Positions 7,374 to 16,918 of a DNA stretch of 64,000 bases are shown piece after piece. The notes under the pieces were generated by a model. The model saw only the letters and a program-made list of their open reading frames with translations. It did no database searches and was not told the origin of the DNA. This stretch comes from an uncultured Clostridia bacterium (lineage in GTDB: Bacteria > Bacillota > Clostridia > Christensenellales > UBA1242). The number at the start of each line of letters is the position of its first letter. Within the stretch, counting starts at the first letter, position 1. The stretch covers positions 12,138 to 76,137 of the forward strand of contig CALWFB010000001.1 in assembly GCA_944377485.1 (NCBI GenBank), given 5' to 3'. The position numbers and the translations under genes were made by a program.

Positions 7374-10300
7374 TTGCAAATCGAAGCATTACTAAAATCC
7401 AATAAAAGACTAGCCCAAGACCTAGAAGACTACGAAATGCAAATCACGAAATTAGAGCATCAACGTGAATTATACGAAATGCAGGTTCCAGTGCACTATT
7501 TGTACAATGAGGATAATATAATCTATGGATTTGGCAAAACTGCGAATGAAGACATCTTCCGCTTAATTCTAATCACCGATTCATATGAAAATTCAATATT
7601 TATCAATTACTCCTCATCCGAAAGCAACCAAATCACCAGCATCATTGATTCAGCGGAAAAGAGCATTACTTTCAACTACGACAGCCAGTTGAGGCTATCG
7701 AGCATAATTGATGCACGAGATAGAGAAATTTCATTTGCATATGTTAACAATCTTTTAACGACAATCACCTACCCTGATAAAACTATCAGTCGCTATTTCT
7801 ACGACTCAGACAACAAGATGATAGCGATAATAGACCAATCAAATATGGGTGCATATTTAGAATATTCGGACAATCAAATCAAGGTTCAAGCGCTCTCCGC
7901 ACTAAATTCTATCAAGCATAACCAGCCAGATTATCAAAAGGTTCTAGACTCGACCACTCTGACCTCTTATTTAATCGACAATTCATATCTCACAATCCAA
8001 TTTTACGACTGCAAAACCACCCACGTCAAAAATGCAAAGGGCAAGACCGTAGTCTATGTATTCAACAATCAAGGACAGGCAATCAATATATACGAAGATA
8101 GTTCTTCCCTGGATTCAGACAACACTAATGTACTGTCCAGACAATACTCTTACACAGACAAATTGCTGTCCGAATCAATCACCACCCTTCCTTATGCCAG
8201 AAATTATTTAGACGGTTCATGCTTCGACACAAGTATAATCTCACAGATTCCAGCACTCTACACTGGCAATATAATCGTCAGTGAAAATGCTTATTCAATC
8301 CCAAGTTTCATCAAAACAGCCTCCTGCGTTCACACTTTCACAGGCGACTTTCAGTCCGCTTCAATCTCAATGAGTGAACTAAATATTAGCGAACTAAACA
8401 CACAACTGACCTCAAAAAAGATTGAAAATATGGTACTCACCGGTTGGGCAAAGGCAAATTCCGCTTTCGTAAAGAATCCAAATGTGGCTGACAAATTTAA
8501 TGACGAAGAAATATCCTACCCAAGTTATATAGACAATAGGAAATTCGAACTTCGCATTTCAATCAAATATTCGGACGAAACCGACCCTCAAATTCTTTCA
8601 AAACAATTTGATTGGATGAACACCGAGTGGCAATATTGCTCTCTTCCTATCAAATTGAAACCAAAACAAATCGAATCCATATCTTGCTATTTCGATTATT
8701 CCAACAATACTAATACAGCCAACGTTCAATTCACTGATTTAGAGTTGCGTGAAGGTAGTTGTGAATCAAGGCATTATGACGATGAAAGCAAACTCATCAA
8801 ATCTGAATCTTCCACTTCTTTCACTCTCTACACCTACGACTCTGATGGCAATCTAATGAGCGAAACCACCCGTCTGATTCATGACGAAGACGATAAAGAA
8901 TTTATCACAACCTACGAATACAACAAAAACAACAAATTATTAAAAACCATCGACTATAATGGTATCATCACAGAAAATGTATATAATGACAAAGGTGTAG
9001 TGACGAAAACTTTGACCTACCATATCAATGAACCTACTCGCAAATTCTATTCCGAAACCCCAACTGACGAAAAAGGCAACACCACAGCTAGCGTAAACGA
9101 ATTTGGCGAACCTCTTGCTAATTATGAGTACATTGATGGCACAGGCATAATCTCTACCGAAACCGACCCTCACAACAACAGAACCTCGTACGCCTACGAC
9201 TCTAATGACACTCTAATCGGCTTAACCAGCACTGTCAATGGCGAAGAAAACACCAATATCTATGGCTACACCCTCACCTTTTTGACCTCGCTTAAACACA
9301 ACGACTTTGAATACAACTATGAGTATGACAACCTAGGCAAACTTAGCAAAATCTCCATTGCAGGAAACGAGTATCTATCTAAAACGTATGCTTATCAAGA
9401 TAATGACTCCATAGAACATGATAGCGAAACCACCACGTACAAGAATGGTGCAACGTTCAAGCAAATTCTCAATGATGACGGCAATGCCACTACTCTTGAA
9501 TATAACGGCAACACTATTCTAGAAAATATCTACAATTCGCTTGGCAATATCATTCAATCTACTGATATGTCAAATGATGAAAATAATATTCACAAGTATT
9601 ATTATGACAAATTTGGCAATCTGTATAGAGAAACCAACACTCAGCACAATACTAATGTTGAATTCGAAAACACTCTCAATCTTGACACAAATCAGCTAGA
9701 TGAGTCCACTATCAAATTAGGTAATGACACTTATCGCTACAATTATTCTTATACCAACAAACTTGACTCCACCATTTCTAATTTGTCTTTAACTAAATTT
9801 ACTAACTCAGATTCTTCCACAGCGCAAACCACCCCAATCTTTGAATCAAATATCAGTTATGATAGACTTGGTAGAATCTCAGAAATCGTTCAAGGTATAA
9901 ATCGTAAACAATATCACTATCTATCCAGTGGAGACCATACGTCAAATCTCATTTCTAGTGTTTGGTATGGTGACAATCTTAAACTTAGTGAAAACTATAA
10001 ATATCGCTATGACGAAAAAGGTAATATCCTAGAAATCCGAGAAAACGGCACTCTAATTGCTCGTTATAAGTATGATAGTTTATCTCGTCTAATCAGAGAA
10101 GATAACAAATCATTCAACAAAACCACAACCTACGACTATGACGCCGGTGGAAATATAATATGTAAAAATATATACAACTTCACACTAGTTGAAAATCTAG
10201 ATTTTGAGACCATTCAGTCTACAATTCCTTATTTATACAAATCTACTGGCTGGCGTGACCAATTAGTTTCATATAATGGCGAAACCTTTACTTATGACGA

Positions 10301-11558
10301 AATTGGTAATCCAACTAAATATAGAGATAAAAACTTATCATGGTCACACGCTAGACAGCTGGATAGTTTCGGAGATATTGCAAGTTTCAAATATAATGCT
10401 AATGGTATTAGAATCAGCAAGACCGTAAATGGTATTACAACTAAATATTATTTAAACGGAAATAAAATCATATCTCAAACTGATGCTACCAATACTCTAT
10501 TCTTCTATTACGGAACAGATGGTATTACAGGCTTCAACCATAATGGAACTGATTATTTATATAAGAAAAATATTCAAGGTGATATAATTGGAATCTATAA
10601 TCCAGAGAACAAGTTAATATGTAAATATATCTATGACGCATGGGGAAATCACGTTTGTCGAATTTTGTCGAATAATGGAGAATACGTTGACATAGTAGAT
10701 ACAAGTAATTATAATATTAATAGCAATTATATAACTATTGCTAACTTAAATCCTTTCCGCTATCGTAGTTATTACTATGATACAGAGACAGGACTATATT
10801 ATCTTAATAGTAGATACTATGACCCACAAACTGGAAGATTCATTAATGCAGATGCTATTTCCATAATTGACATCTCTCAAATAACTATTAATGGATTAAA
10901 TCTTTATTCTTATTGCTTAAATAACCCAGTTAACCAAATTGACGAAAATGGTTATATCGTTGGCTGGCTATTGGCTATAATTGTTGGCTCGATTATCGGA
11001 GCAACGGTGAATACTGGTTTTGAAGTGGCTAATCAAGTAAAAAATCATGGCTGGGATTTAGAAAACTGGAATTGGACTCAAATAGGATTGTCTTTTTTAG
11101 GCGGTGCAGTTTCAGGAGCCATTTCAGCAATTCCTGTTCCTGGATTTCAGACTTTCGGTATTTGGGGTAAAGTTTTTCATTATGGATTAACTTTTGTTAT
11201 TGGAGGTATCGGAGCTGTTGCAGGAGGCTTAATAGATGGTTCTGTCTATAATATCAAAAGTGCTTTTACAAATTTTGCTATTGGTGGAACTTTTAGTTTA
11301 TTTGCTGATTTATTTACAAATGGATTAAATAATATTGTTCAAAAATATTCAAACAATGTTTTAACAAATCCTTTATATGCTAATATGACTTTGGAAGACT
11401 TAATTGGTAGTGGTTTGAAAGAATATCCAAAACATTTAGCAAAATTAATGAATAAATTATCGCGTGCAATATTATATGCAAACAGAGGATTAACCAAATC
11501 TATATTTTATATGATTGGAATAAATTCAATTTTAGAAATCATTTCTGGTTTGCTATAA
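7374..11558 (+). CDS. RHS/YD-repeat toxin protein, apparently 5'-truncated (frame open from 7062 with no upstream start codon)
   Basis: Dozens of YD repeats (YDxxGN, YxYD). Core end YDAWGN...NPFRYRSYYYDTETGLYYLNSRYYDPQTGRFINAD...LYSYCLNNPVNQIDENGY, then a 200-aa variable C-terminus. Only a TTG start at 7374, with no SD. Confidence 0.85.
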   Translation: MQIEALLKSNKRLAQDLEDYEMQITKLEHQRELYEMQVPVHYLYNEDNIIYGFGKTANEDIFRLILITDSYENSIFINYSSSESNQITSIIDSAEKSITFNYDSQLRLSSIIDARDREISFAYVNNLLTTITYPDKTISRYFYDSDNKMIAIIDQSNMGAYLEYSDNQIKVQALSALNSIKHNQPDYQKVLDSTTLTSYLIDNSYLTIQFYDCKTTHVKNAKGKTVVYVFNNQGQAINIYEDSSSLDSDNTNVLSRQYSYTDKLLSESITTLPYARNYLDGSCFDTSIISQIPALYTGNIIVSENAYSIPSFIKTASCVHTFTGDFQSASISMSELNISELNTQLTSKKIENMVLTGWAKANSAFVKNPNVADKFNDEEISYPSYIDNRKFELRISIKYSDETDPQILSKQFDWMNTEWQYCSLPIKLKPKQIESISCYFDYSNNTNTANVQFTDLELREGSCESRHYDDESKLIKSESSTSFTLYTYDSDGNLMSETTRLIHDEDDKEFITTYEYNKNNKLLKTIDYNGIITENVYNDKGVVTKTLTYHINEPTRKFYSETPTDEKGNTTASVNEFGEPLANYEYIDGTGIISTETDPHNNRTSYAYDSNDTLIGLTSTVNGEENTNIYGYTLTFLTSLKHNDFEYNYEYDNLGKLSKISIAGNEYLSKTYAYQDNDSIEHDSETTTYKNGATFKQILNDDGNATTLEYNGNTILENIYNSLGNIIQSTDMSNDENNIHKYYYDKFGNLYRETNTQHNTNVEFENTLNLDTNQLDESTIKLGNDTYRYNYSYTNKLDSTISNLSLTKFTNSDSSTAQTTPIFESNISYDRLGRISEIVQGINRKQYHYLSSGDHTSNLISSVWYGDNLKLSENYKYRYDEKGNILEIRENGTLIARYKYDSLSRLIREDNKSFNKTTTYDYDAGGNIICKNIYNFTLVENLDFETIQSTIPYLYKSTGWRDQLVSYNGETFTYDEIGNPTKYRDKNLSWSHARQLDSFGDIASFKYNANGIRISKTVNGITTKYYLNGNKIISQTDATNTLFFYYGTDGITGFNHNGTDYLYKKNIQGDIIGIYNPENKLICKYIYDAWGNHVCRILSNNGEYVDIVDTSNYNINSNYITIANLNPFRYRSYYYDTETGLYYLNSRYYDPQTGRFINADAISIIDISQITINGLNLYSYCLNNPVNQIDENGYIVGWLLAIIVGSIIGATVNTGFEVANQVKNHGWDLENWNWTQIGLSFLGGAVSGAISAIPVPGFQTFGIWGKVFHYGLTFVIGGIGAVAGGLIDGSVYNIKSAFTNFAIGGTFSLFADLFTNGLNNIVQKYSNNVLTNPLYANMTLEDLIGSGLKEYPKHLAKLMNKLSRAILYANRGLTKSIFYMIGINSILEIISGLL

Positions 11559-11578
11559 ATTTTAATTTAGAGGTATAA

Positions 11579-12094
11579 ATGAAAAAACTTTTAAATACTA
11601 ACAAATATGATTGGATATTCCCTTTACTACTCTTTATAATTTTTCTTATCTCTTTAATATGTCTACTTATATTATATATACCTAATACAAATAGTAATTT
11701 ATCATTAAAAACACTTTTAATAGTTATATTATCAATCCTAATGCTTACATCTTTAATTTGTTTTTTATTTACTTTCCAATTTATAATTATAAACAAGAAT
11801 GGAATTATATTTAGGTGTTTAATATGCAAATATTCTTTTATAAAATGGAATGAAATTAAAAGCCTTAAATTAATTAACTTAAATACTAGTTCATCAATAG
11901 TTGGAATGAAATACTATCACATTTTTATAGAAATACAAACAATAAATGATAAACAAAATATGTTTAATAAAATATTATATAATAAAAAAAATGCAAATAT
12001 CCTTTTAGAATTTATTAATAAATATAATAAAAAAATCGATATAACTTGTTTAACAGAGAACTCAAATTTTAATTCAACTATTAAATGGTTTTAA
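11579..12094 (+). CDS. candidate cognate immunity protein (membrane-anchored)
   Basis: Starts 20 nt after the RHS stop. It has 2-3 N-terminal TM helices. The position is typical for rhs immunity genes. No family recognised. Confidence 0.45.
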   Translation: MKKLLNTNKYDWIFPLLLFIIFLISLICLLILYIPNTNSNLSLKTLLIVILSILMLTSLICFLFTFQFIIINKNGIIFRCLICKYSFIKWNEIKSLKLINLNTSSSIVGMKYYHIFIEIQTINDKQNMFNKILYNKKNANILLEFINKYNKKIDITCLTENSNFNSTIKWF

Positions 12095-12186
12095 ATTAAT
12101 TGTTTTTAAATAATTAAATTAAATAATAAAAAAGTATGATATATCATACTTTTTTATTTTTGTACAAATACATATATTTACCTTAA

Positions 12187-12645
12187 TATAATCTAGATTT
12201 TGAGACCATTCAGTCTACAATTCCATATTTATACAAATCTACTGGCTGGCGTGACCAATTATTGTCCTACAATGGCGAAACCTTTGTTTACGATTCTATT
12301 GGCAACCCAACTACTTATAGAAACAAAACTCTTTCTTGGTCTCACGCTAGACAGCTGGATAGCTTTGATACTCATACATACAAATACAATGCAAATGGCA
12401 TACGTATTCAGAAAGATAATATCCAATTTTTCTTAAATGGCAATAAGATTATTTCACAAACCGATGGAACTGACACTCTATTCTTCTATTATGCCTCAGA
12501 CGGTGTCACTGGCTTCAATCACAATGGAACCGACTATTTCTACAAGAAAAATATTCAAGGTGATATCATAGGTATATATAATAATGAAAATAAACTTGTT
12601 TGTAAATATATTTATGATGCCTGGGGAAATAAAAAAGGACAGTAA
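12187..12645 (+). pseudogene. orphan rhs core fragment (duplicate of 10195..10650) lacking a toxin domain
   Basis: NLDFETIQSTIPYLYKSTGWRDQL.SYNGETF...YDAWGN parallels the main gene. The first ~75 nt are near-identical and the rest is diverged. It ends YDAWGNKKGQ-stop. No ATG start. Confidence 0.75.
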
Positions 12646-12667
12646 TGATTACTGTCGCTTTTTTTTG
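12638..12667 (+). terminator. intrinsic terminator after the orphan rhs fragment
   Basis: GACAGTA-loop-TACTGTC followed by GCTTTTTTTT. Confidence 0.7.
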
Positions 12668-12693
12668 ATAATTTTCATTTTAAATGTATTTAT

Positions 12694-13329
12694 TTAATTA
12701 CTTGTCTTTGTGTACAATTTTTCTGTAAAGGTATTAATCTTTTCTGTATTAGATTCTATTTGTGCCTTATATTCATTTTCTGTCTCTTTAAGAGATGAAA
12801 TCTCATTATTTAATTCCAATATTTCTGAACTGTCTTGACAAAACAAATCTCTTAATTGTGTTAATGAAGTTAGTTTTTCAGTAATGGCTTCAAGAGATTT
12901 TTCAGCTGTTTTATTTTCTTTGTTTAAAGTCTTTATAGTTTCTTTAATATAAGAAATTGTTTCTTTTGTTAAATCAGAATTTATTTGTAATTTGCCAGAT
13001 TTTATGCCTTTAATCACTAACCATATTCTAGACACAATAGCATATAGAGATAATGATATTAACCATGAACTAATTGCACTATCTAGCACTAATAATGAAA
13101 TCCACTGTCTTTCAGTTATGCCGTAATACACAACACTAGCGATAAATGACAAAACAAGAGGTATAAACATAATAACAATGTTAACCATTTTCCTTTTGTT
13201 CTCTTCTAATGTTGAAGTTTTTTTCTTAATTGGCAATTTAATTAAATATGTCAAAAGAAAAGCTCCAAACCCAATCAACAATGCTTCCAATGTATAATTT
13301 TTGAAAATATTAAATATTTCATATTCCAT
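12694..13329 (-). CDS. membrane protein with a C-terminal coiled coil (hypothetical)
   Basis: Start set at MEYEIF (AGGAG 8 nt upstream). Three TM helices, then a heptad-like Glu/Lys-rich tail. Confidence 0.55.
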   Translation of the reverse strand: MEYEIFNIFKNYTLEALLIGFGAFLLTYLIKLPIKKKTSTLEENKRKMVNIVIMFIPLVLSFIASVVYYGITERQWISLLVLDSAISSWLISLSLYAIVSRIWLVIKGIKSGKLQINSDLTKETISYIKETIKTLNKENKTAEKSLEAITEKLTSLTQLRDLFCQDSSEILELNNEISSLKETENEYKAQIESNTEKINTFTEKLYTKTSN

Positions 13330-13518
13330 AATTATATCTCCTTTTAAAATTTTCATTAAAAACAAACATATTTTCTCCTTTTATATAAGATATCTTATCT
13401 ATTCTAATTGTAATTATAATTCACTATAATTTACTATAATCTTTATTGAAATTTACTTATAAAAAGTTTGTTAACAAAAACAAAAAAGTCATTAGAAATT
13501 TCTAGTGACTTTAATTCA

Positions 13519-13595
13519 TGGTGCGTCCAGAGGGATTCGAACCCCCGACCTTTGGTTCCGTAGACCAACGCTCTATCCAGCTGAGCTATGAACGC
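13519..13595 (-). tRNA. tRNA-Arg(ACG)
   Basis: 77 nt. Acceptor GCGTTCA/TGGACGC, anticodon stem TTGGT/ACCAA, loop CTACGGA. CCA is encoded. Confidence 0.9.
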
Positions 13596-13616
13596 ATATA
13601 TGATTATTAAGATAAT

Positions 13617-13751
13617 TACTTACGTGACCGAATGAGGAACCAAAGGTCACAATGGGTCCCACCAGACGAATGTCGAGTGGGAAGAGGAGCAACTAACCGA
13701 AAAAGGCTACATTTGCGTTCAGCAAATTGCCAAGAGTGCTAGTTGCGACGA
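13617..13751. repeat. structured interspersed repeat, copy B, bracketed by a 63-nt direct duplication
   Basis: TCCCAC-CAGACGAATGTCGA-GTGGGA (13657-13682). Then stem GCAACTA/TAGTTGC enclosing hairpin GGC-TAC-ATTTGC-GTTCA-GCAAAT-T-GCC. Confidence 0.6.
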
Positions 13752-13793
13752 GGTTCCGTAGACCAACGCTCTATCCAGCTGAGCTATGAACGC
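13752..13793 (-). pseudogene. duplicated 5' half of tRNA-Arg(ACG), through the anticodon loop
   Basis: 13752-13814 is identical by eye to 13554-13616 (63 nt: tRNA positions 1 to ~42 plus 21 nt of upstream flank). Confidence 0.85.
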
Positions 13794-13965
13794 ATATATG
13801 ATTATTAAGATAATAATTGAATATATAGATATTTTTCAATCAATGCACCTTAATTCTAACGTTTTTTATTATATCATAAAATTTTTTTTAATGCAAGACT
13901 TTATTTAAAAATAGTTAATTAAAATAAAAAAGTCTAAATTTTAGACTTTTAATATATCAAACAAA

Positions 13966-14532
13966 TTACTTATTTTTAAATAATAACAATCTTTTGGAGA
14001 TATAGTTATATATAAGTACGATAATTGTCACAATCACTTTAACTAACCATTGATTCCAACCCAATAGGTCAAATCCAATATACATACCTGCTAGATTTAT
14101 GCCTAGACCAATCGCGCTTAATATTGTAAATATTATAAAACCTTTCGTAGATTTACTTTTCCCTTTTTCATTAAATACGAATAGAATTGACATAATATAA
14201 TTAGCCAACAGTCCAACAATAAAACCAACTCCTGTACCAATTATTGTAGCCATCGTAGAAGGTGTTGGCGTATTAATAAATACGTTTACAAAAGATTCGT
14301 ATATACTAGGTTGCATTATATACATCACAACACCCATAGTGAACATATCTACAATAGTGGCAATGCCTCCACAAATTACGAAACGAATAATTTCACTAAC
14401 CGTTTTATGTTGTTTTGAGAATTCTTTATATTTATCAAGTAGAATTAAATATATTCGTTTAGGCAAAAGCAAAAGAATCATTAATATTACAGCTAATAAC
14501 ACGCATAAAACTGACCATATTACATTAAACAC
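13966..14532 (-). CDS. GtrA-like polysaccharide-synthesis membrane protein
   Basis: IRFVICGGIATIVDMFTMGV-type GtrA N-terminus, 4-5 TM helices. Downstream partner of a GT2 gene. Confidence 0.7.
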   Translation of the reverse strand: MFNVIWSVLCVLLAVILMILLLLPKRIYLILLDKYKEFSKQHKTVSEIIRFVICGGIATIVDMFTMGVVMYIMQPSIYESFVNVFINTPTPSTMATIIGTGVGFIVGLLANYIMSILFVFNEKGKSKSTKGFIIFTILSAIGLGINLAGMYIGFDLLGWNQWLVKVIVTIIVLIYNYISKRLLLFKNK

Positions 14533-14597
14533 AATTTACCTCTTTTCTATTTGCTAAATTAAATTTATTGTGTTTAATTTAACAAAATTTTTTTATA

Positions 14598-15536
14598 TTA
14601 GTTGTTTTCATCAAAATTTTTTGTTTCGCTAATTATGTAGCGCGGACGATTTCTTGCTTCTTCATAAGTGCGGCGCATATAAATATTATTAAATCCTATT
14701 ATAATGAATAATATTGAGAACATTAATGTAATTGTAGGGAATAACCATGCTGTCAAAGGCAAGAAAATTTTACAACATACTAAGACAATAAATGTTATAA
14801 AACAAGCGATGCTCAAGAATCCAAATAGAATTCCGCTTTTCATTGCTATACTTAGTGGCCAAGTAGAAAATGAAATAATTCCATTTCCCGCTAGCTTTAA
14901 TAATTTTTTCAATGTATATTTTGTTTCGCCTGCTTGACGTTCTTTTCTCTCAAATTCTACTTCGGTTTGCTTGAATCCTATCCAAGAGGTCAAACCTCTC
15001 AAATATCTATCATGTTCAGGCATTGAATTGATTACATTTACTACTTTTCTATCTAGCAATTTGAATTCGCCAACGTTTTTTGGAATCTTCAATCCGCTAA
15101 TGGTTTGCAAAAATTTTAAGTATATTGAAGATGTGATTTTTTTAAAAAAAGTTTCCCCCTTTCGTTTAGTTCGTTTCCCGTGCACTACTTCATAGCCTTC
15201 TTTCCATTTATCTATCATCAGAGGAATGACTTCCACAGGGTCTTGTAAATCTACATCCATTATAATCACAGCTTCACCACTTGAATGTTCTAAACCACAA
15301 AAAATTGCCGCCTGTTGTCCAAAATTCCTAGCAAAGCTTATATATTTTATATGTTCATCTTTGTTTGCATGATTTTTAAGAACATTTAAAGTATTATCTT
15401 TACTTCCATCATTGACAAAAATTACCTCATATTCATCATTTAATTCTTTCATAATGGGAGTGACAGCATCAACAAAAAGTGGAATAGATTCTTGTTCATT
15501 ATAAACTGGAACAATTATTGAATATTTAGCTTTCAT
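14598..15536 (-). CDS. family 2 glycosyltransferase (GtrB / polyprenol-phosphate glycosyltransferase-like)
   Basis: KYSIIVPVYNEQESI, VNDGSKDNT, DVDLQDP motifs. Two C-terminal TM helices. Confidence 0.85.
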   Translation of the reverse strand: MKAKYSIIVPVYNEQESIPLFVDAVTPIMKELNDEYEVIFVNDGSKDNTLNVLKNHANKDEHIKYISFARNFGQQAAIFCGLEHSSGEAVIIMDVDLQDPVEVIPLMIDKWKEGYEVVHGKRTKRKGETFFKKITSSIYLKFLQTISGLKIPKNVGEFKLLDRKVVNVINSMPEHDRYLRGLTSWIGFKQTEVEFERKERQAGETKYTLKKLLKLAGNGIISFSTWPLSIAMKSGILFGFLSIACFITFIVLVCCKIFLPLTAWLFPTITLMFSILFIIIGFNNIYMRRTYEEARNRPRYIISETKNFDENN

Positions 15537-15785
15537 TGTTTCTCCTTATACTCAATATCATAATAATAAAAAAATTGAATATTGTCAAATATTTTCATAT
15601 GTTTTAAAAAATTTGAATTTTATTAATGTAAAATAAATAAATATATAAATTTTAATTGATTTTTAAATGATTTTAATCAAAAAAAACTAAAAATTTATAT
15701 ATTTTTTTAAATTTTTAACATTTTTTGTTAATTTTTATTTGCCAAATTAATAAAAAAGTTATAAAATAATTTTAGGAGTAATTAT

Positions 15786-16547
15786 ATGGGAAAAGTTATT
15801 TCTGTCACAAACCAAAAAGGCGGTGTTGGTAAAACAACAACTTGCGTAAACTTAGCTTCTTATGTCGCAGACGCAGGCAATAAAGTTCTTCTAATAGATA
15901 TTGACCCACAAGGAAACGCATGCGCCAGTCTGGGTGTTGAGGTTGAAAAAGGTAAAAACTCAATATATGAGGTTTTATTAGGTGAAGTCAATATTAAAGA
16001 TGCAATTTATAATTCTGTCCTTAAAAATTTAGATGTTCTTCCATCAACAGTAGATTTAGCAGGAGCCGAAGTCGATTTGGTTTATGTTGACAACAGAGAA
16101 AATGTTTTAAAAGAAGCATTAAAAGAAATTAAATCGTCTTATGATTTTATATTTATTGATTGTCCTCCATCATTGGGATTGCTTACTGTAAATGCTTTAA
16201 CAGCAACTGATAGCATTATTATTCCAATACAGTGTGAGTATTTCCCTTTGGTAGGTCTTGGTCAATTAATGAATACAGTACGATTAATTAAGAAACACTT
16301 AAATCCAGATATTGAAATTGAAGGTGTCTTGTTAACCATGAAAGATAATAGAAGTAATCTAGTAGCTCAGGTAGCAGAAGAAATTAAAAAATATTTTGAA
16401 ACTAAGGTTTACGATACTTACATACCAAGAAATATTAGATTAGCAGAAAGTCCTAGTCATGGTAAGCCAATACTATTATATGATAGTAGAAGTAAAGGAG
16501 CAATTGCTTACAAGGCTTTAAGTGAAGAGTTTTTAAGAAAACAATAA
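15786..16547 (+). CDS. soj: chromosome partitioning ATPase ParA/Soj
   Basis: Deviant Walker A, KGGVGKTTT. Length and overall sequence are typical of Soj. Confidence 0.9.
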   Translation: MGKVISVTNQKGGVGKTTTCVNLASYVADAGNKVLLIDIDPQGNACASLGVEVEKGKNSIYEVLLGEVNIKDAIYNSVLKNLDVLPSTVDLAGAEVDLVYVDNRENVLKEALKEIKSSYDFIFIDCPPSLGLLTVNALTATDSIIIPIQCEYFPLVGLGQLMNTVRLIKKHLNPDIEIEGVLLTMKDNRSNLVAQVAEEIKKYFETKVYDTYIPRNIRLAESPSHGKPILLYDSRSKGAIAYKALSEEFLRKQ

Positions 16548-16557
16548 TCATAAAAAA

Positions 16558-16573
16558 TGTTCCACGTGGAACA
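16558..16573. promoter_or_regulatory. parS site 1 (also forms a terminator-like hairpin after parA)
   Basis: Perfect palindrome TGTTCCACGTGGAACA flanked by an A-run and a T-run. Confidence 0.85.
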
Positions 16574-16790
16574 TTTTTTTGATTTTATTAATTATAAAAA
16601 CAATTTTTTTATACAACTAAGAATTTTAATAGACGAAATATAAATATGTGATTATTTTATTTATATTTCGTATAATAAAAGGTGTTTATTAATTTAAATT
16701 TATATATCATAATATTAATCTTCTTTTTACTGTATTATATTTATTTAATTTTGTAATAATTAATATTCTACAAATTAAAGTCACAGTTAA

Positions 16791-16806
16791 TGTTCCACGT
16801 GGAACA
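16791..16806. promoter_or_regulatory. parS site 2
   Basis: Perfect palindrome TGTTCCACGTGGAACA. Confidence 0.85.
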
Positions 16807-16902
16807 ATTTTTACATTAATAAATAAAATTTTGGATAAGTTTATAAAATTTACAATTATTATTTGACACGCAATTAAATATGTATTATAATTAATATATA
16901 AA

Positions 16903-16918
16903 TGTTCCACGTGGAACA
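16903..16918. promoter_or_regulatory. parS site 3
   Basis: Perfect palindrome TGTTCCACGTGGAACA immediately upstream of the parB SD. Confidence 0.85.

Noticed and set aside
12200-12436. 78-aa ORF in the orphan rhs region
   Set aside because: It is out of frame relative to the clear RHS-homologous frame (12187..12645).
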